Source: Asterias rubens (lineage: Eukaryota). Taken from it: a stretch of DNA of 64,000 bases. Position 1 is the stretch's first letter; every line of letters begins with the position of its first letter. This document shows, piece after piece, positions 1-10,848 of this stretch. Both the position numbers and the translations under genes were made by a program. The notes below the pieces were generated by a model that searched no databases, was not told where the DNA came from, and worked only from the letters and a program-made list of their open reading frames with translations. The stretch lies in assembly GCF_902459465.1 (NCBI RefSeq), contig NC_047064.1:2294001-2358000 (forward strand), given 5' to 3'.

Positions 1-3000
1 ATCAGTCATAATGTGCCACTTTGAATAGATTTTGCGGGGAAGCTTTCACTAAATCTTTGCTTTGCCCAAAAAGTGACTATGTACATTTCAGGGCATTTGT
101 ACTACTAGACCGAATCTTCTGTGCGGATGTTTATAATAATTATAGCCATTAATTTATGCGCTAATTCGCTTTTCTTCTCCTTCTTAATTTCTCATCAAGT
201 TAGCAGACCCCATGCAAAGCTGGGACATAATTGGGGGTGGGAAATTCAACATAAGTTCAAAAGTTATAAAAGTGACAGCTGACCATTTTGAGATGTGCCA
301 CCTTTTTCATATAAAAATTTATAACACATCTTCAGTGCGATCTCCATAAAAATGTAACATTTAATTAGATGTATGTACACAGAGTCTGACACAGACCATG
401 TGGCTCTTTTCGCCAATCATGTGATGTCACAGGTAACGGAGTCTCTAGACAGCGGTAATTATTTATCCTGAGGAAGAACCCGACGTGACGTATTAGAACC
501 GGAAGTAAGGGGCCTAAAGGTTTACATTGCACTTCCGGCTCAAAAACGTCACTATAATTACCAATATCAAATTAGGGCAAAAAAACACGATGAAATTTTG
601 AAATTGAAAACTAGTAGGCTTACATTTAAAACTTCGTTGTAGAGAACTGCGAATTTTTATGACATAAAGTTTATCAACGGACTGCTCATGTTTAGTTAAT
701 TCCTAAGTTCAATGGATCGAATATTCTGTACTCTGTGAATAACATACTAAAACCAGTTTTTAAAAAAAGTTTCTAAATTCCATTTCATATTAACTACAGA
801 GCTGAAAATTCCAGTGTTAGTGAACATTTCCTAAGTAACCATTTACATCAGGGGGGAGGGGGGGCGGGGGGCGCTGGGGCTACCTGTGAAGGGGACAGGT
901 TTGCTAGTTCGTACGCAATCAATCTTATTTGTTTTAGTATGCTCCTTCCGCCAAGCGACGTTTACCTTCCAAAAATACCCCGCACCAGATGGTAACAATT
1001 TCCTTGCTTTTAAAAATATTAGTTTTGTCTAATCTTTCCCGAAATGTTGTGCTTTTTACAAGTTTAATCGATTGCTTCTCGCGCGCTTCTCTGGTTTTTT
1101 TCTTCTTCAAATAACTATTTTTTCGTCAACCCAAAAAATAATGACAAACTACACAACTCTATGAAAAACGTTAAGAGAACATTAGACTGCCATGCAAATA
1201 TAAACCTATAGTTTACAGGCCCAATTTTATATATTAAACAACAAATATTGCCTTACATTTTCTGCTTAGCAAAAATATAAAGCAAAGTACCAGTCACAGC
1301 TTGTTCTTGTGACATTTTTGACAGGTCCTTTATTCGCCGGTCAGCATAAGTTAGCTTGTTGTGCTGCAGCAGCTTAATAAAATTAGGCCCAGGGCAGAAT
1401 ATGGGTTCGAATCCTGGCCTGGCTTACACTCTTCCTCTGTGGGGTGATATACTTCCTCTGTGGGGTCTCACCAGTGCTACTCAAGTGATGACTTCGATCT
1501 TGCCACCCCAGCTCCCCTGATGATGTGCCCCTGGCCGTTCTCCTCCACTGTGCCTTGCCTTTTGAACGCACTAACAGGTCAGATTTTGGGCACCTTCAAT
1601 CCAAGCAATCGGACAATCAGAGGATCTGCAGAGTGGCCTTTCCTCAGACATAAGAATGGGGTTATCAATTCTCGGTTCAATAAACACTTCCGCTAAAAAT
1701 AATTAATAAGCGATTGGTAGCAATTGTACATTCAAATGAGCATTATTATTCGTTATGAAAATGACGATGCATAATGATTCACTGGGAATGACGCATGGAT
1801 ATTTCACAATATTTTTTGTTCAAGGTATACTTTAGGAGGGGTATATAGGGAAATGGGGCTTGTCCATGACTAACATCATGCCTCTTGGTCTATTGACACT
1901 ATATCGTCTTGAGACGTTCCCGTAATGTTTACTCAAACACCTTGATCATGCTGTATCCAGAGTCAAGGGTCTCAATAACTCCCCCTTATGGGTCAAGAGA
2001 GTGGGTCAGGATGTGTTTTGCTCACAGAATCACCCCCATCATCAGGCTGTCCGGGATGGATATTTTCGAGAAAAGAAAAGTTTATAAAATTATTTCCTTC
2101 CGATACCCTGGCACATAGTTCCATCAAGTTTACTTTTACCGGTGGAATGTTGTTTTTTCCTGCTGTTACATTTTTGTTTAAAAATAGTTCATTACCTGTC
2201 TCAAAATGGGAGTATGCACTCCATTCCTGACATTAGGGGGTGGTAATCACTTTAAAATACAATGTGTAGAAAACTTTTAGAAAACCGCACAGTGACTCAG
2301 AGTCACCCAGTTTCCTTCAGAATCTTACAGATTTGTCACCGTGTCCCAGGAGAAACTTCTAAAAGATAAACTGCACCCGCAGAATAAAACATCAAGACGC
2401 AACCTTCTTCTGTTCGGTTGGTATTAGTTCTAGTAGCCTTGGTGATACAGATGTGGATCTACGAATAAGCTGTTTCCCGTTGTTCTCTGTCTCTCCGGCA
2501 ATGCAGTTCAAGGAGAGTACCAAGTTAAAGCTAGCTAACGATTTACACACGAACTACTCTGTGAAACAGCTATAGGTGAGTTGTCTTTTACCCCTCCTCC
2601 TACTGCCACAATTCTCCAAAAGCTACCTGCTTTTGATTGGTTTGCTGTGTTATCTGAGACCAGCCACGCTCCCAGTTTCTTCCAAATTAATAGCCAACTA
2701 ATTTTGACGCATAAAATAAAAGTGTGTCTTCACAAAATAAATAGTTGTTTCACAAAAATGAGCCTAAAATTTTACCAATTTACAAAGTGATTTGTTTTGC
2801 GATGTTCAAAACAAACCTCAAAACTGTCTAGACGGTCTCGATAAAAAAACTTCCCTGACCAGAAATGAGGCCTATCGGAAATGTCAGCTTATGCTCAAAG
2901 TCCCCAATGTTTATTATAGTATTCGAAATAATTTCTAAGGCTGATTTGTACTGTTGAATATAGTGTAAAGTGTCAAAATTCTGTAAACGAATCATCCAAA

Positions 3001-3656
3001 CTTCAGCAGTTAAATAAAGGCAATTTTGAAGTTTAGTTTATGCAAACTAAGCTGAAATCTTTTCTGTGGGAATGCTAAATGTATGATGCCTACTAACTAC
3101 ATAATTTGTTCACCTCCAGACCAACCTAAGCCATAATAAATTGGTCCGGTCTATCGCTCCGGGACCTCGATCCAGCATCGGGGTAGACTTGTCCACAAGT
3201 CTATCATCGGAGAGGGGGGAAGCCATCGGACGAACCTTCAACTTGTACCCCTGTGCAGTGGATCCACACCATTGAAGTTTGTTTGAGGAAGGACTGAACA
3301 ATCTCAATATTTGTGAATTCATTCTTGTATAAGTTGTGGGTGAAGATGTCGCCCACATACTTACTACTTTGGATGACTGTGTTCTTAATCGAGGCTGGGG
3401 TGATTACGGCTTACTGGCCACCGATTATTAAAGAAGCACGACTTGACCAACCAGGTGACCATGCATGTCAACAAATAGTAAGGTGAGGAGCTTTAACGGT
3501 TTTCCCGGTCATTTTTCGGCAAGCATGCGGCAAATTCAAACGTCACGCATACTTCCATTTCTCGCGCAATTAAAAGTTTCTCAAAACAGTCTTGCAATTT
3601 CAAATCAGTCTGTTTTACATTATAACAACTCTGTTTTCTTTACCGGACTTTACTCA

Positions 3657-4037
3657 TTAAAGACAGTGAACACTATTTGTAATTGTCAAAGACCAGTCTT
3701 CTGACTCTTCTCACTTGGTGTATCTCAAAATACGCATAAAATAACAAATCTGTGAAAATTTCGCTCAATGTATTATTGGTCGTCGAAATTGCGAGAGAAT
3801 GATGGAAGAAAAAGCGCCCTAAGTTGTGTGCTTTCAGATGCTTGATTTCGAGTTCTCAAAATCAAATTCAAACATTTTAGTGCGAGATTACTTCTTTCTC
3901 AAAAAGTACTTTACTTCAGAGGGAGCTGTTGCTCATAATGTTTTATACTACCAGCAGCTCTCCATTACTCGTTGCCAAGTAAGTTTTTTTGCTTATAATT
4001 ATTTTTAGTAATTACCAATAGTGTCAAGTGCCTTTAA
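3657..4037 (+). mobile_element. Kolobok-like non-autonomous DNA transposon, family A
   Basis: TTAA flanks, AG...CT termini, imperfect TIR agacagtgaacactatttgtaatt / aattaccaatagtgtcaagtgcct; homologous to six other copies in the window. Confidence 0.8.
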
Positions 4038-5174
4038 ACAGTTGATTTATAACGATTTATTAGAGTGGTATCAAAATCAGCTCACCTTCCGGACTTCAAG
4101 TTTTACTGCGATTGCAAAATTGTAACACACAACAACGAACTGTTTCACTCTCAAAGGTGTTATGATTATTTACTAGGTGTTATGATTATTAACTTGTTCG
4201 GAATCTTTCTCACTGCAGTTAACATTTTTGTTTAAAAATAGTTCATTACCTGTCTCAAATGGGTAAGCACTCAATTCACCAGACAGTTCGGAATCTTTCT
4301 CACTGCCAATCAATATTAATCCTACTCTAAGCTCAAGGGAATAGGGCCTACTATAATACTCAGACGATATTTAACAAGAATTATTTAAACGTTACTACGT
4401 GAGAGTAGATGAAGCAAAAATGAGAAAAAAATCGGTTCCTTAGTAGATAATTCAGTGTGTATAATTCGACATGGTTTGCACGATGTTGACATTTAGACCG
4501 GAAAATACGATAGTCAGAAAGTTCGAAATTAATAACTTCCTTGACAAAAAGAATTTAGGTGGTCACTGACCGCTATTGTATAATGTCCTTGGTCCAGCTC
4601 ATCAGTTAGTACAAGTGTGTTATTCTGATAGATGATAAATGATGACGTAACCACTCACCAGGTGGCCGTTTAGACCCATTTGAAGAAAAGAACCAATACA
4701 CCACAGTTTTAGAGTTAAATAAATATCAATTATTTAGTTTCAAATAAACACAACCATTGGTGTAATCCACATAGAACCCTTGCCACCCGTTGTCCAACAC
4801 ATTAGATTGACATAAAATGTACACACTGAATGACACGACTCCGACAAAAGCCTTCCACAAAAATAAGAAACAAATAAATATATAATATATTTATTGACCA
4901 AACTATTTGATCTCATCTTTTCAAACTAATGTCTCAATCATGTCTCTATGAGAAATATAGAATAGCTGTTGCAAACTGTTTACCAACCAAAAGGATCTAA
5001 GTGTATTAGTTTTAAAAATGGTTAATGGAGTCTCCTTCGTTAAGACTGTGAAAAACTTAGCCTTTGATAAAGACTCTGTTATGGGGTCGAAACGTAACAA
5101 ATGTTTGCAATTATGTCAGAATCAGTAAGTAAATTCTTGATTTTCATTAACTTTGGAGGTTTATTTTAATTTAG

Positions 5175-5279
5175 ATTTAAAGAGATGGTCACAGTACCAG
5201 CAGTGACAGTTTCACATCATCGCGTGTTCTACGCACCGTGTGGGGATTTCGTCAAATTGTTCATGTGCACCGCCCGAAG
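5175..5279 (+). CDS. EMI gene exon (105 nt, phase 2 to 2; first half of EMI domain)
   Basis: atttag| and AG|GTGGGT; FY..C......C...R pattern aligns with the MEGF10 EMI domain. Confidence 0.75.
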
Positions 5280-8200
5280 GTGGGTATCTGTCAATAAAAC
5301 GTGACTTTCAACTTACACAAACCTTTAATTTGCTCGTTGTGACAATTTTCATATTCTTTTAAGAGAAGTTTTGAAGTATTTTGCTGCCTTTGTTCTGTTT
5401 CTTATAAAAAAAATGATAATGTATTTAAAGGCACTGTACACGTTTGGTAATTACTCAAAATATATTACCAGCATAAAACCTTGATTGGTAATGAGCAATG
5501 GTGAGCTCCCCATAGTATAATACATTGTGAGAAACGGCTCCCTCTGAAGTAGCGTAGTTTTTGAGGTAATTTCTCTCTCAAATATTAAAAGACTTCTGGC
5601 CAGATGTCTTGTATTCCTATCTAAAAGCATGGACACTATTTTTTACAACAAGGGTGTTTTTTCTTTCATCATTTTCTTGCAACTTCAATAACCAATTGAT
5701 TTAAAAGTTTCACAGGCTTGTTATTTTATGCATGTTGGGATGGACCAAGTGAGAGTACTGGTCTTTGACAATATTACCAAACGTGTTCAGTGCCTTTAAA
5801 GTTGTGTGTCAGCTTTTTCTTGAACACGATAAGCGTTTAGACAAATCATGACCCAATTTCATAAAGCTGCTCACGCCAAACAAAAACGCCGAACAATTTC
5901 CTGCTAAGCACACATCAGCAGGATACCTGAGTCACAGTTAATTGTATACGCGACATGGTAGTTTGCTGGTATACATTAGTCTGGTAAGAATAATGTATTG
6001 TAGCTACTTTTGTGCTTAAAGGGTCTAGGTACTTTTTGTAGGACAAAAACACAATGTCCACAGATTTACACTAAACTTAAATTTCCCTGTAAATCTCACT
6101 TTCTGAGGTGCTGTAGTTTTTGAGAAAATGAGTGAAACAATGTCATGAAAATAATTTTCGTCTAAATGATTATGAGACGAAAATTATTTTAGCCTGTAAA
6201 AACGTATTTTTACATCTGTGGACATTTTTTTGTGTTACAAAAAGTACCCAAATCCTTTAAAGACACTGGACACTATTGGTAATTGTCAAAGACAAGTCTT
6301 CTTATTTGGTGTATCTCAACATATGCATACAACAACAAACCTGTGAAAATTTGAGCTCAATATTGGTCATCGAAGTTGCGAGATAGCAATTTGAAAGAAA
6401 AAACTCCCTGGTCACACAAAGTTGTGTGCTTTCAGATGCTTGATTTCGAGACCTCAAGTTGTAAACTTACTTCAAGTTGTAAACTTGAGGTCTCGAAGTC
6501 AAATTCGTGGAAAATTACTTCTTTCTCGAAAACTACATCACTTCAGAGGGAGCCGTTTCTCACAATGTTTTATACTATCAACAGCTTCCCATTACTCATT
6601 GCCAAGTAAGGTTTTATGCTAATAATTATTTTAAGTAATTACCCATAGTGTTCACTGCCTTTCAGCAGCCCTATGAAAAAGGACCCTGGTCAAAAGCCAC
6701 TCGGGAAATCTGTTCATCGAAGCCTGGTCAGAAGACACGCGTGTAAAGGAAAAACTGACTTAGCATAGCTTGATCAATTTGACCCCAAAACACCTGTTAT
6801 TACTTAGTGAACTTTTCCGAGGTCAATGCTGTAACTTTGAATTATCAAGCAGCATCCTCAGTAGTCGACCCTGTTTTCTTGAACGACAACAGGTGATTTC
6901 CTAAAGTTGCGTAACTTAGTGTGAATAGGGGGGGGGGGGGCATAGTGGGCACGTCCGTCCCCTGTTTAGTTTCTTTCTTCATCTGACTCAAGTAAAATAC
7001 TAACTTTGTCAGATATTGACCTACAAAGTCCCCCCACCCCCCCCCCCCCCACCCGATACATTGCCGCCTTCCTCGTGAGTGAAAGGCATAGAATGGTAGG
7101 ACTAGAACCAAAATGGCTGTATTGGATATCTACAGGCTCTTGCCCGATATTTTCTGTTGCACAAAATGTTTGTCTTATATTAATAAAAATCAATATAACT
7201 ACTCGTAACAGCACTAGTTTCAAGATGATTTGTACTTCGTCACCTTTTGGAATTAAACATTGGAAGATAGAGTCAGATTGTATGTTTCTGTAACTGTCTT
7301 TGACCGATTCGCACTAGCCTTGTCCAAGGCTCTCAACGAGGTTACAAATTGTGTAACCTCGTTGATACCTCGAAAGCCATGTTTCGACCCCACGGTAAGT
7401 ACTGTTATGTACCGTGCGGTATAGTATCTATGCAGTTCGTGAACACAGAGCGGGCCGGTGTCAGATACAATTGTGTCCGCCGTGCAATACTGTCCGCTCC
7501 GGACACTTTTGCATATGCAATCGTGTCCGGGGCTATGCAAAAACCGTCCGTTGGACATGCACATGACTGTACAAGTATGTGCGCGCGTATGCGAGCGTGC
7601 ATGCACTGAACCTACGTATATGCAGCGTATTCACGTATATGATTGCGGCGAACACCCAACGGCCGAACATCCCATGTCATTCATGACATGCACTTAGCTT
7701 TTTTTTTAAATGGCGAGAGTGTTCCGTCGACCAATTAGTGCAAGGACGGTTTTGCACGGGGCGGACACAACTACATATGCAAATGTGTCCGGGCGGACAC
7801 AATTGCATTATGCAGCAGCGTCCGGGAGGACACGGTTGCATATATGCAAAACCGTCCGGCGGACATTATTGCGTATGCCATAATGTCCTCCGGATAGTAT
7901 TGCATATAGAGGACATAATTGCATGCGACACCGGTGCTTGCGTAAAGAGCCTTGGACAAGACTAGATTCGCACCTGCTTCAATTCTCTTTCAACACTGAC
8001 CATGATCTTTACATTGTCACGAAGTGTCACTTATCACTGATGATGAATGTGTCTTAATAATGATGTCATCGCCATTACTCTAGCCAGTCAGGCCTTTCCC
8101 AAGGACTTCAATGTTACCATAGGAAATACAAAGTTAACGGTTTAAGGCCGGTTTATAGTCGGTCGCGCGATGGTCGCGCGACGGAAATCTTGCGCGCAAT

Positions 8201-10647
8201 CCTAAGACTGAAGCCTAAAAACCGTGTCTTTTTATGATCGCGCGTCAATATTTCCGACGCCCAACCATCGCGCGACCGACTATAACTCGGCCTATAATGT
8301 AAAACATTTTTTTACTGGGTAAGGTTTGTGCGCACATGGAGTGTGAACATCAGTATAGGGTCACGTGTATGAGAACAAATAGTCGGTATTTATAGCGACA
8401 TTGGATGGGGTGTCGATAAGTTTTGTAAAGAACAAGTTTCAATCCCCAACCAACCATTTAAATGTATCCAGTCAGTTTCCCCCTGTGGCTTGAATTGACA
8501 AAGAAAAACACTTACAACCGTGAAATAAAATGTTGAATGATGGATCGGACACCATGTTCACGTTTTTGTCTTATTACCCAATCGGTGGCTGTAATCACTT
8601 TAAATTTGTCAAAGAATTTTTTTAATTTGTCCAATCAACGGGGGCAATCCAGACGAAATAAATTCACAGATTGCTCACTACCATAACAACCTTTACAACA
8701 ATAAGGCTAAGCTTTTGGATATAAATAATTACACCCATTTCTGGCTCATTACCGCACTATAAGACCCTACCTTTTAAGAGTACGCTCAATTTAAGTTTAG
8801 ATGTTCCTGGATTCTTTTTAGAGATGACATTGAACTGAAAATTGAACTGAAAATTTCACATAATTTCTGAAGTTTTATATTGTTACTTTGGTTTTCTAGA
8901 GCGGTATATCAAACTACTTATAAACGAGAAGTACGGACGGGGTACAAAATACAGCGAGTGTGTTGCCCTGGATACCGGACTAATGGAACAATGTGTAAAC
9001 GTAAGTATCATTATGTTCGAACAGTATCCAGGTTTCCTTTCAAATGAATTAATAATGCGATTTAAGCGCTATTATAGTATAGATGAGGGGAAATCTGTAT
9101 CTTAAAACTTTATAAAAAAGCTCTAACACATTTGGAAAGTGTATACACACTGAAAGATATATTTGTCTTGAAACAATTGAAAAGTGATAGTAAGTTTATG
9201 CATAATATCCGTAACGACTCTTTATACATTTACTATATCATCACTGGCTTTAACAAAACAAGCTCAGATTGTGAGGAGTATTATTCTGTCCGGAGTGTCA
9301 GATGTCTTGGGTTCAAGTCCAAATGCGGACCATGTTTATTTTTTATCTCATTCCATGTTTTGGTTGTTGGTGTAGGGACCATACCAATATTAGTGTGTAA
9401 CGGTTTTAGCAATTAAGCCATAAATAACTCAATGCAAAAAACTCCATCAGTTATACTATTCGTACTATTTCTTGCTTTTGTGCCGAATAACTTTATCAAT
9501 TTTTTTTACAGCTTGTCTACCAGGATCCTATGGCATCAACTGCGCCTTCCCTTGTTCATCGTTATGTTTGAAGTCCGAGTATGGTTCCTGCCGCCCTGCA
9601 GACGGTCGATGTACATGCCTATCGGGATACTTTGGAGTCATGTGCAAAGAGGGTAGGTACTAGACTTTAGTATTTGAATTATGAATACCAATATATTAAA
9701 AGGAAATAATGTGTTCGTACCTTACACTTGGTTTAAAGGTGGGTTGATTCACAAGAATGGGATCACCTCAAGTAAAAGGGTTTTTGTTCTCTCTTTTTTT
9801 TATCCAAAGATTTTTTTTTTATAGTAAAACTTTGCATAACAATAACAGTTTCTTAATTTTTTTCTGTGAGTAATTTTTTGTTTCTTCTTTTCTTCATCTG
9901 GTTATTACCAGAGTGTCCCTCTGACCGGTATGGTCCCGACTGCCAGCACCGATGTAGCTGTTCAGACACGGCGGCGTCGTGTGACAAGGAAACGGGGCTG
10001 TGTCGATGCGATCCCGGACAAAGGAACGAGCAGTGTCTAATGGCGATGAGTTCAAGATGTGAGTTGTGAGATGCAATATATTGCCCACTTTCCTCAAACA
10101 AATTTGTAAAGGAAATGCAATAAGTGTTAATTTATCAGCTTTGAAATTGTTGTTTAAAAACAGCATTGATTTTTAAAGTCACCCTTAAAAAAAAAAAAAA
10201 TTGTTTGCTCAGTGCGTGATCATCCGCGATGGCATAACTGAACATTCATATGCCCTGCTATGAAAAGCTTCAATCCACAGGCCTTCATTTTTTTAAGGAT
10301 ACAAAGAAGTACATTTTATATTTATGAAGAGTTACAAAGTTTTATCGTTTTCCAAACAAAGGATCACAATTTTTTTTTTTCATTATTAAATCTCACATTT
10401 AGTTTGGAAGGACCTAAGAAACGCCCTAAAATAATGAGTTTCCATTTTTGTTAGGGAAAGGGCCCGTGTTCAGCAATGTTCCGGTTCTAATAAAAATAAT
10501 TACAGAAGGTTGCTTTTCAGATGTGAGTATGTCAATTTTATGTATGTTTTTTTCTCCTTCTATTTTACAGCCGATGGCTACACAAGATCATCACATCCTT
10601 TGACATTGCTGTTGTTCTCGTTGTTCCACTTCTTTACGTACAGCTAA
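5175..10647 (+). CDS. EMI-domain + 2 EGF-like repeat protein with C-terminal GPI-signal-like tail (MEGF10/Draper/CED-1-like, short form), 5' incomplete
   Basis: Five exons join in frame: FKEMVTVPAVTVSHHRVFYAPCGDFVKLFMCTARR|AVYQTTYKREVRTGYKIQRVCCPGYRTNGTMCK|PCLPGSYGINCAFPC...CTCLSGYFGVMCKE|ECPSDRYGPDCQHRCSC...CRCDPGQRNEQCLMAMSSR|SDGYTRSSHPLTLLLFSLFHFFTYS*. Confidence 0.8.
5426..5799 (-). mobile_element. Kolobok-like MITE family A
   Basis: TTAA|aggcactgtacacgtttggtaat ... attaccaaacgtgttcagtgcct|TTAA. Confidence 0.85.
6016..6260. mobile_element. Kolobok-like MITE family C
   Basis: TTAA|agggtctaggtacttttt ... aaaagtacccaaatcct|TTAA. Confidence 0.75.
6257..6664 (+). mobile_element. Kolobok-like MITE family A (shares a TTAA with the family C copy)
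   Basis: TTAA|agacactggacactattggtaatt ... aattacccatagtgttcactgcct; internal homology to other A copies. Confidence 0.8.
7315..7964. mobile_element. Non-autonomous DNA transposon with 19-bp TIR, 9-bp TSD and internal ~30-bp repeats
   Basis: TIR tagccttgtccaaggctct / agagccttggacaagacta (1 mismatch); TSD gattcgcac at 7306-7314 and 7965-7973. Confidence 0.85.
8145..8293. mobile_element. PIF/Harbinger-like MITE
   Basis: ~30-bp TIR aggccggtttatagtcggtcgcgcgatggt / accatcgcgcgaccgactataactcggcct in a T(A/T)A-like context. Confidence 0.75.
8900..9000 (+). CDS. EMI gene exon (101 nt, phase 2 to 1; Y...Y.....CCPGY end of EMI domain)
   Basis: ttctag| and |GTAAGT; CCPGY motif. Confidence 0.85.
9512..9652 (+). 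CDS. EMI gene EGF-like exon 1 (141 nt, phase 1 to 1)
   Basis: tttacag| and |GTAGGT; C.PG.YG.NC...C...C...C...DG.C.C..GY.G..C. Confidence 0.9.
9912..10058 (+). CDS. EMI gene EGF-like exon 2 (147 nt, phase 1 to 1)
   Basis: taccag| and |GTGAGT; CP...YGPDC...C.C......CD..TG.C.C.PG. Confidence 0.88.
10571..10647 (+). CDS. EMI gene terminal exon encoding a hydrophobic GPI-signal-like tail
   Basis: tttacag| acceptor, in frame SDGYTRSSHPLTLLLFSLFHFFTYS then TAA at 10645-10647. Confidence 0.7.
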
Positions 10648-10848
10648 CGGTCAGCAGAACCTACTACCTTGAAGGGCGCCACCTCATGAACTATTTTGGA
10701 CACTTGGGAAGTTATCAAATTAGTGGATGCACTTGTTTATTCCCCCTTGAAACTTTGCAATTAAGAACATCGGATAAATGATTTCCTTGCAAGGTTTTGC
10801 TCATGATTGTATTCCTCAATGATTAGACAAGGCTCTTAAGCCAAAATC

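Noticed and set aside
2551-2575. In-frame TGA as selenocysteine in the EMI first exon
   Set aside because: The same frame has additional TAA/TAG stops, and no SECIS element is evident in the 3' UTR.
5097-5182. TNVC-encoding mini exon joined by a 50-58-nt intron to the EMI exon
   Set aside because: It would need an implausibly short intron, and its upstream sequence is the Penelope/hammerhead remnant, not a signal peptide.
6376-6622. Recurrent ORFs of the type KEKTP..HKVVCFQMLDFETS (also 14684-14941, 30152-30401, 3826-4008)
   Set aside because: Open frames within non-coding family A MITE copies, broken at different places in each copy; no transposase motif.
6808-6892. Alternative upstream EMI exon (…DPVFLNDNR, phase-2 donor)
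   Set aside because: It lacks the EMI cysteines, has a weak GTGATT donor and an in-frame stop just upstream; 5175-5279 fits the EMI pattern far better.
6966-7223. Signal-peptide-like ORF MKLVLLRVVILIFIN on the minus strand
   Set aside because: The 'M' is a TTG, the frame is open upstream without an ATG, and no downstream exon chain could be built.
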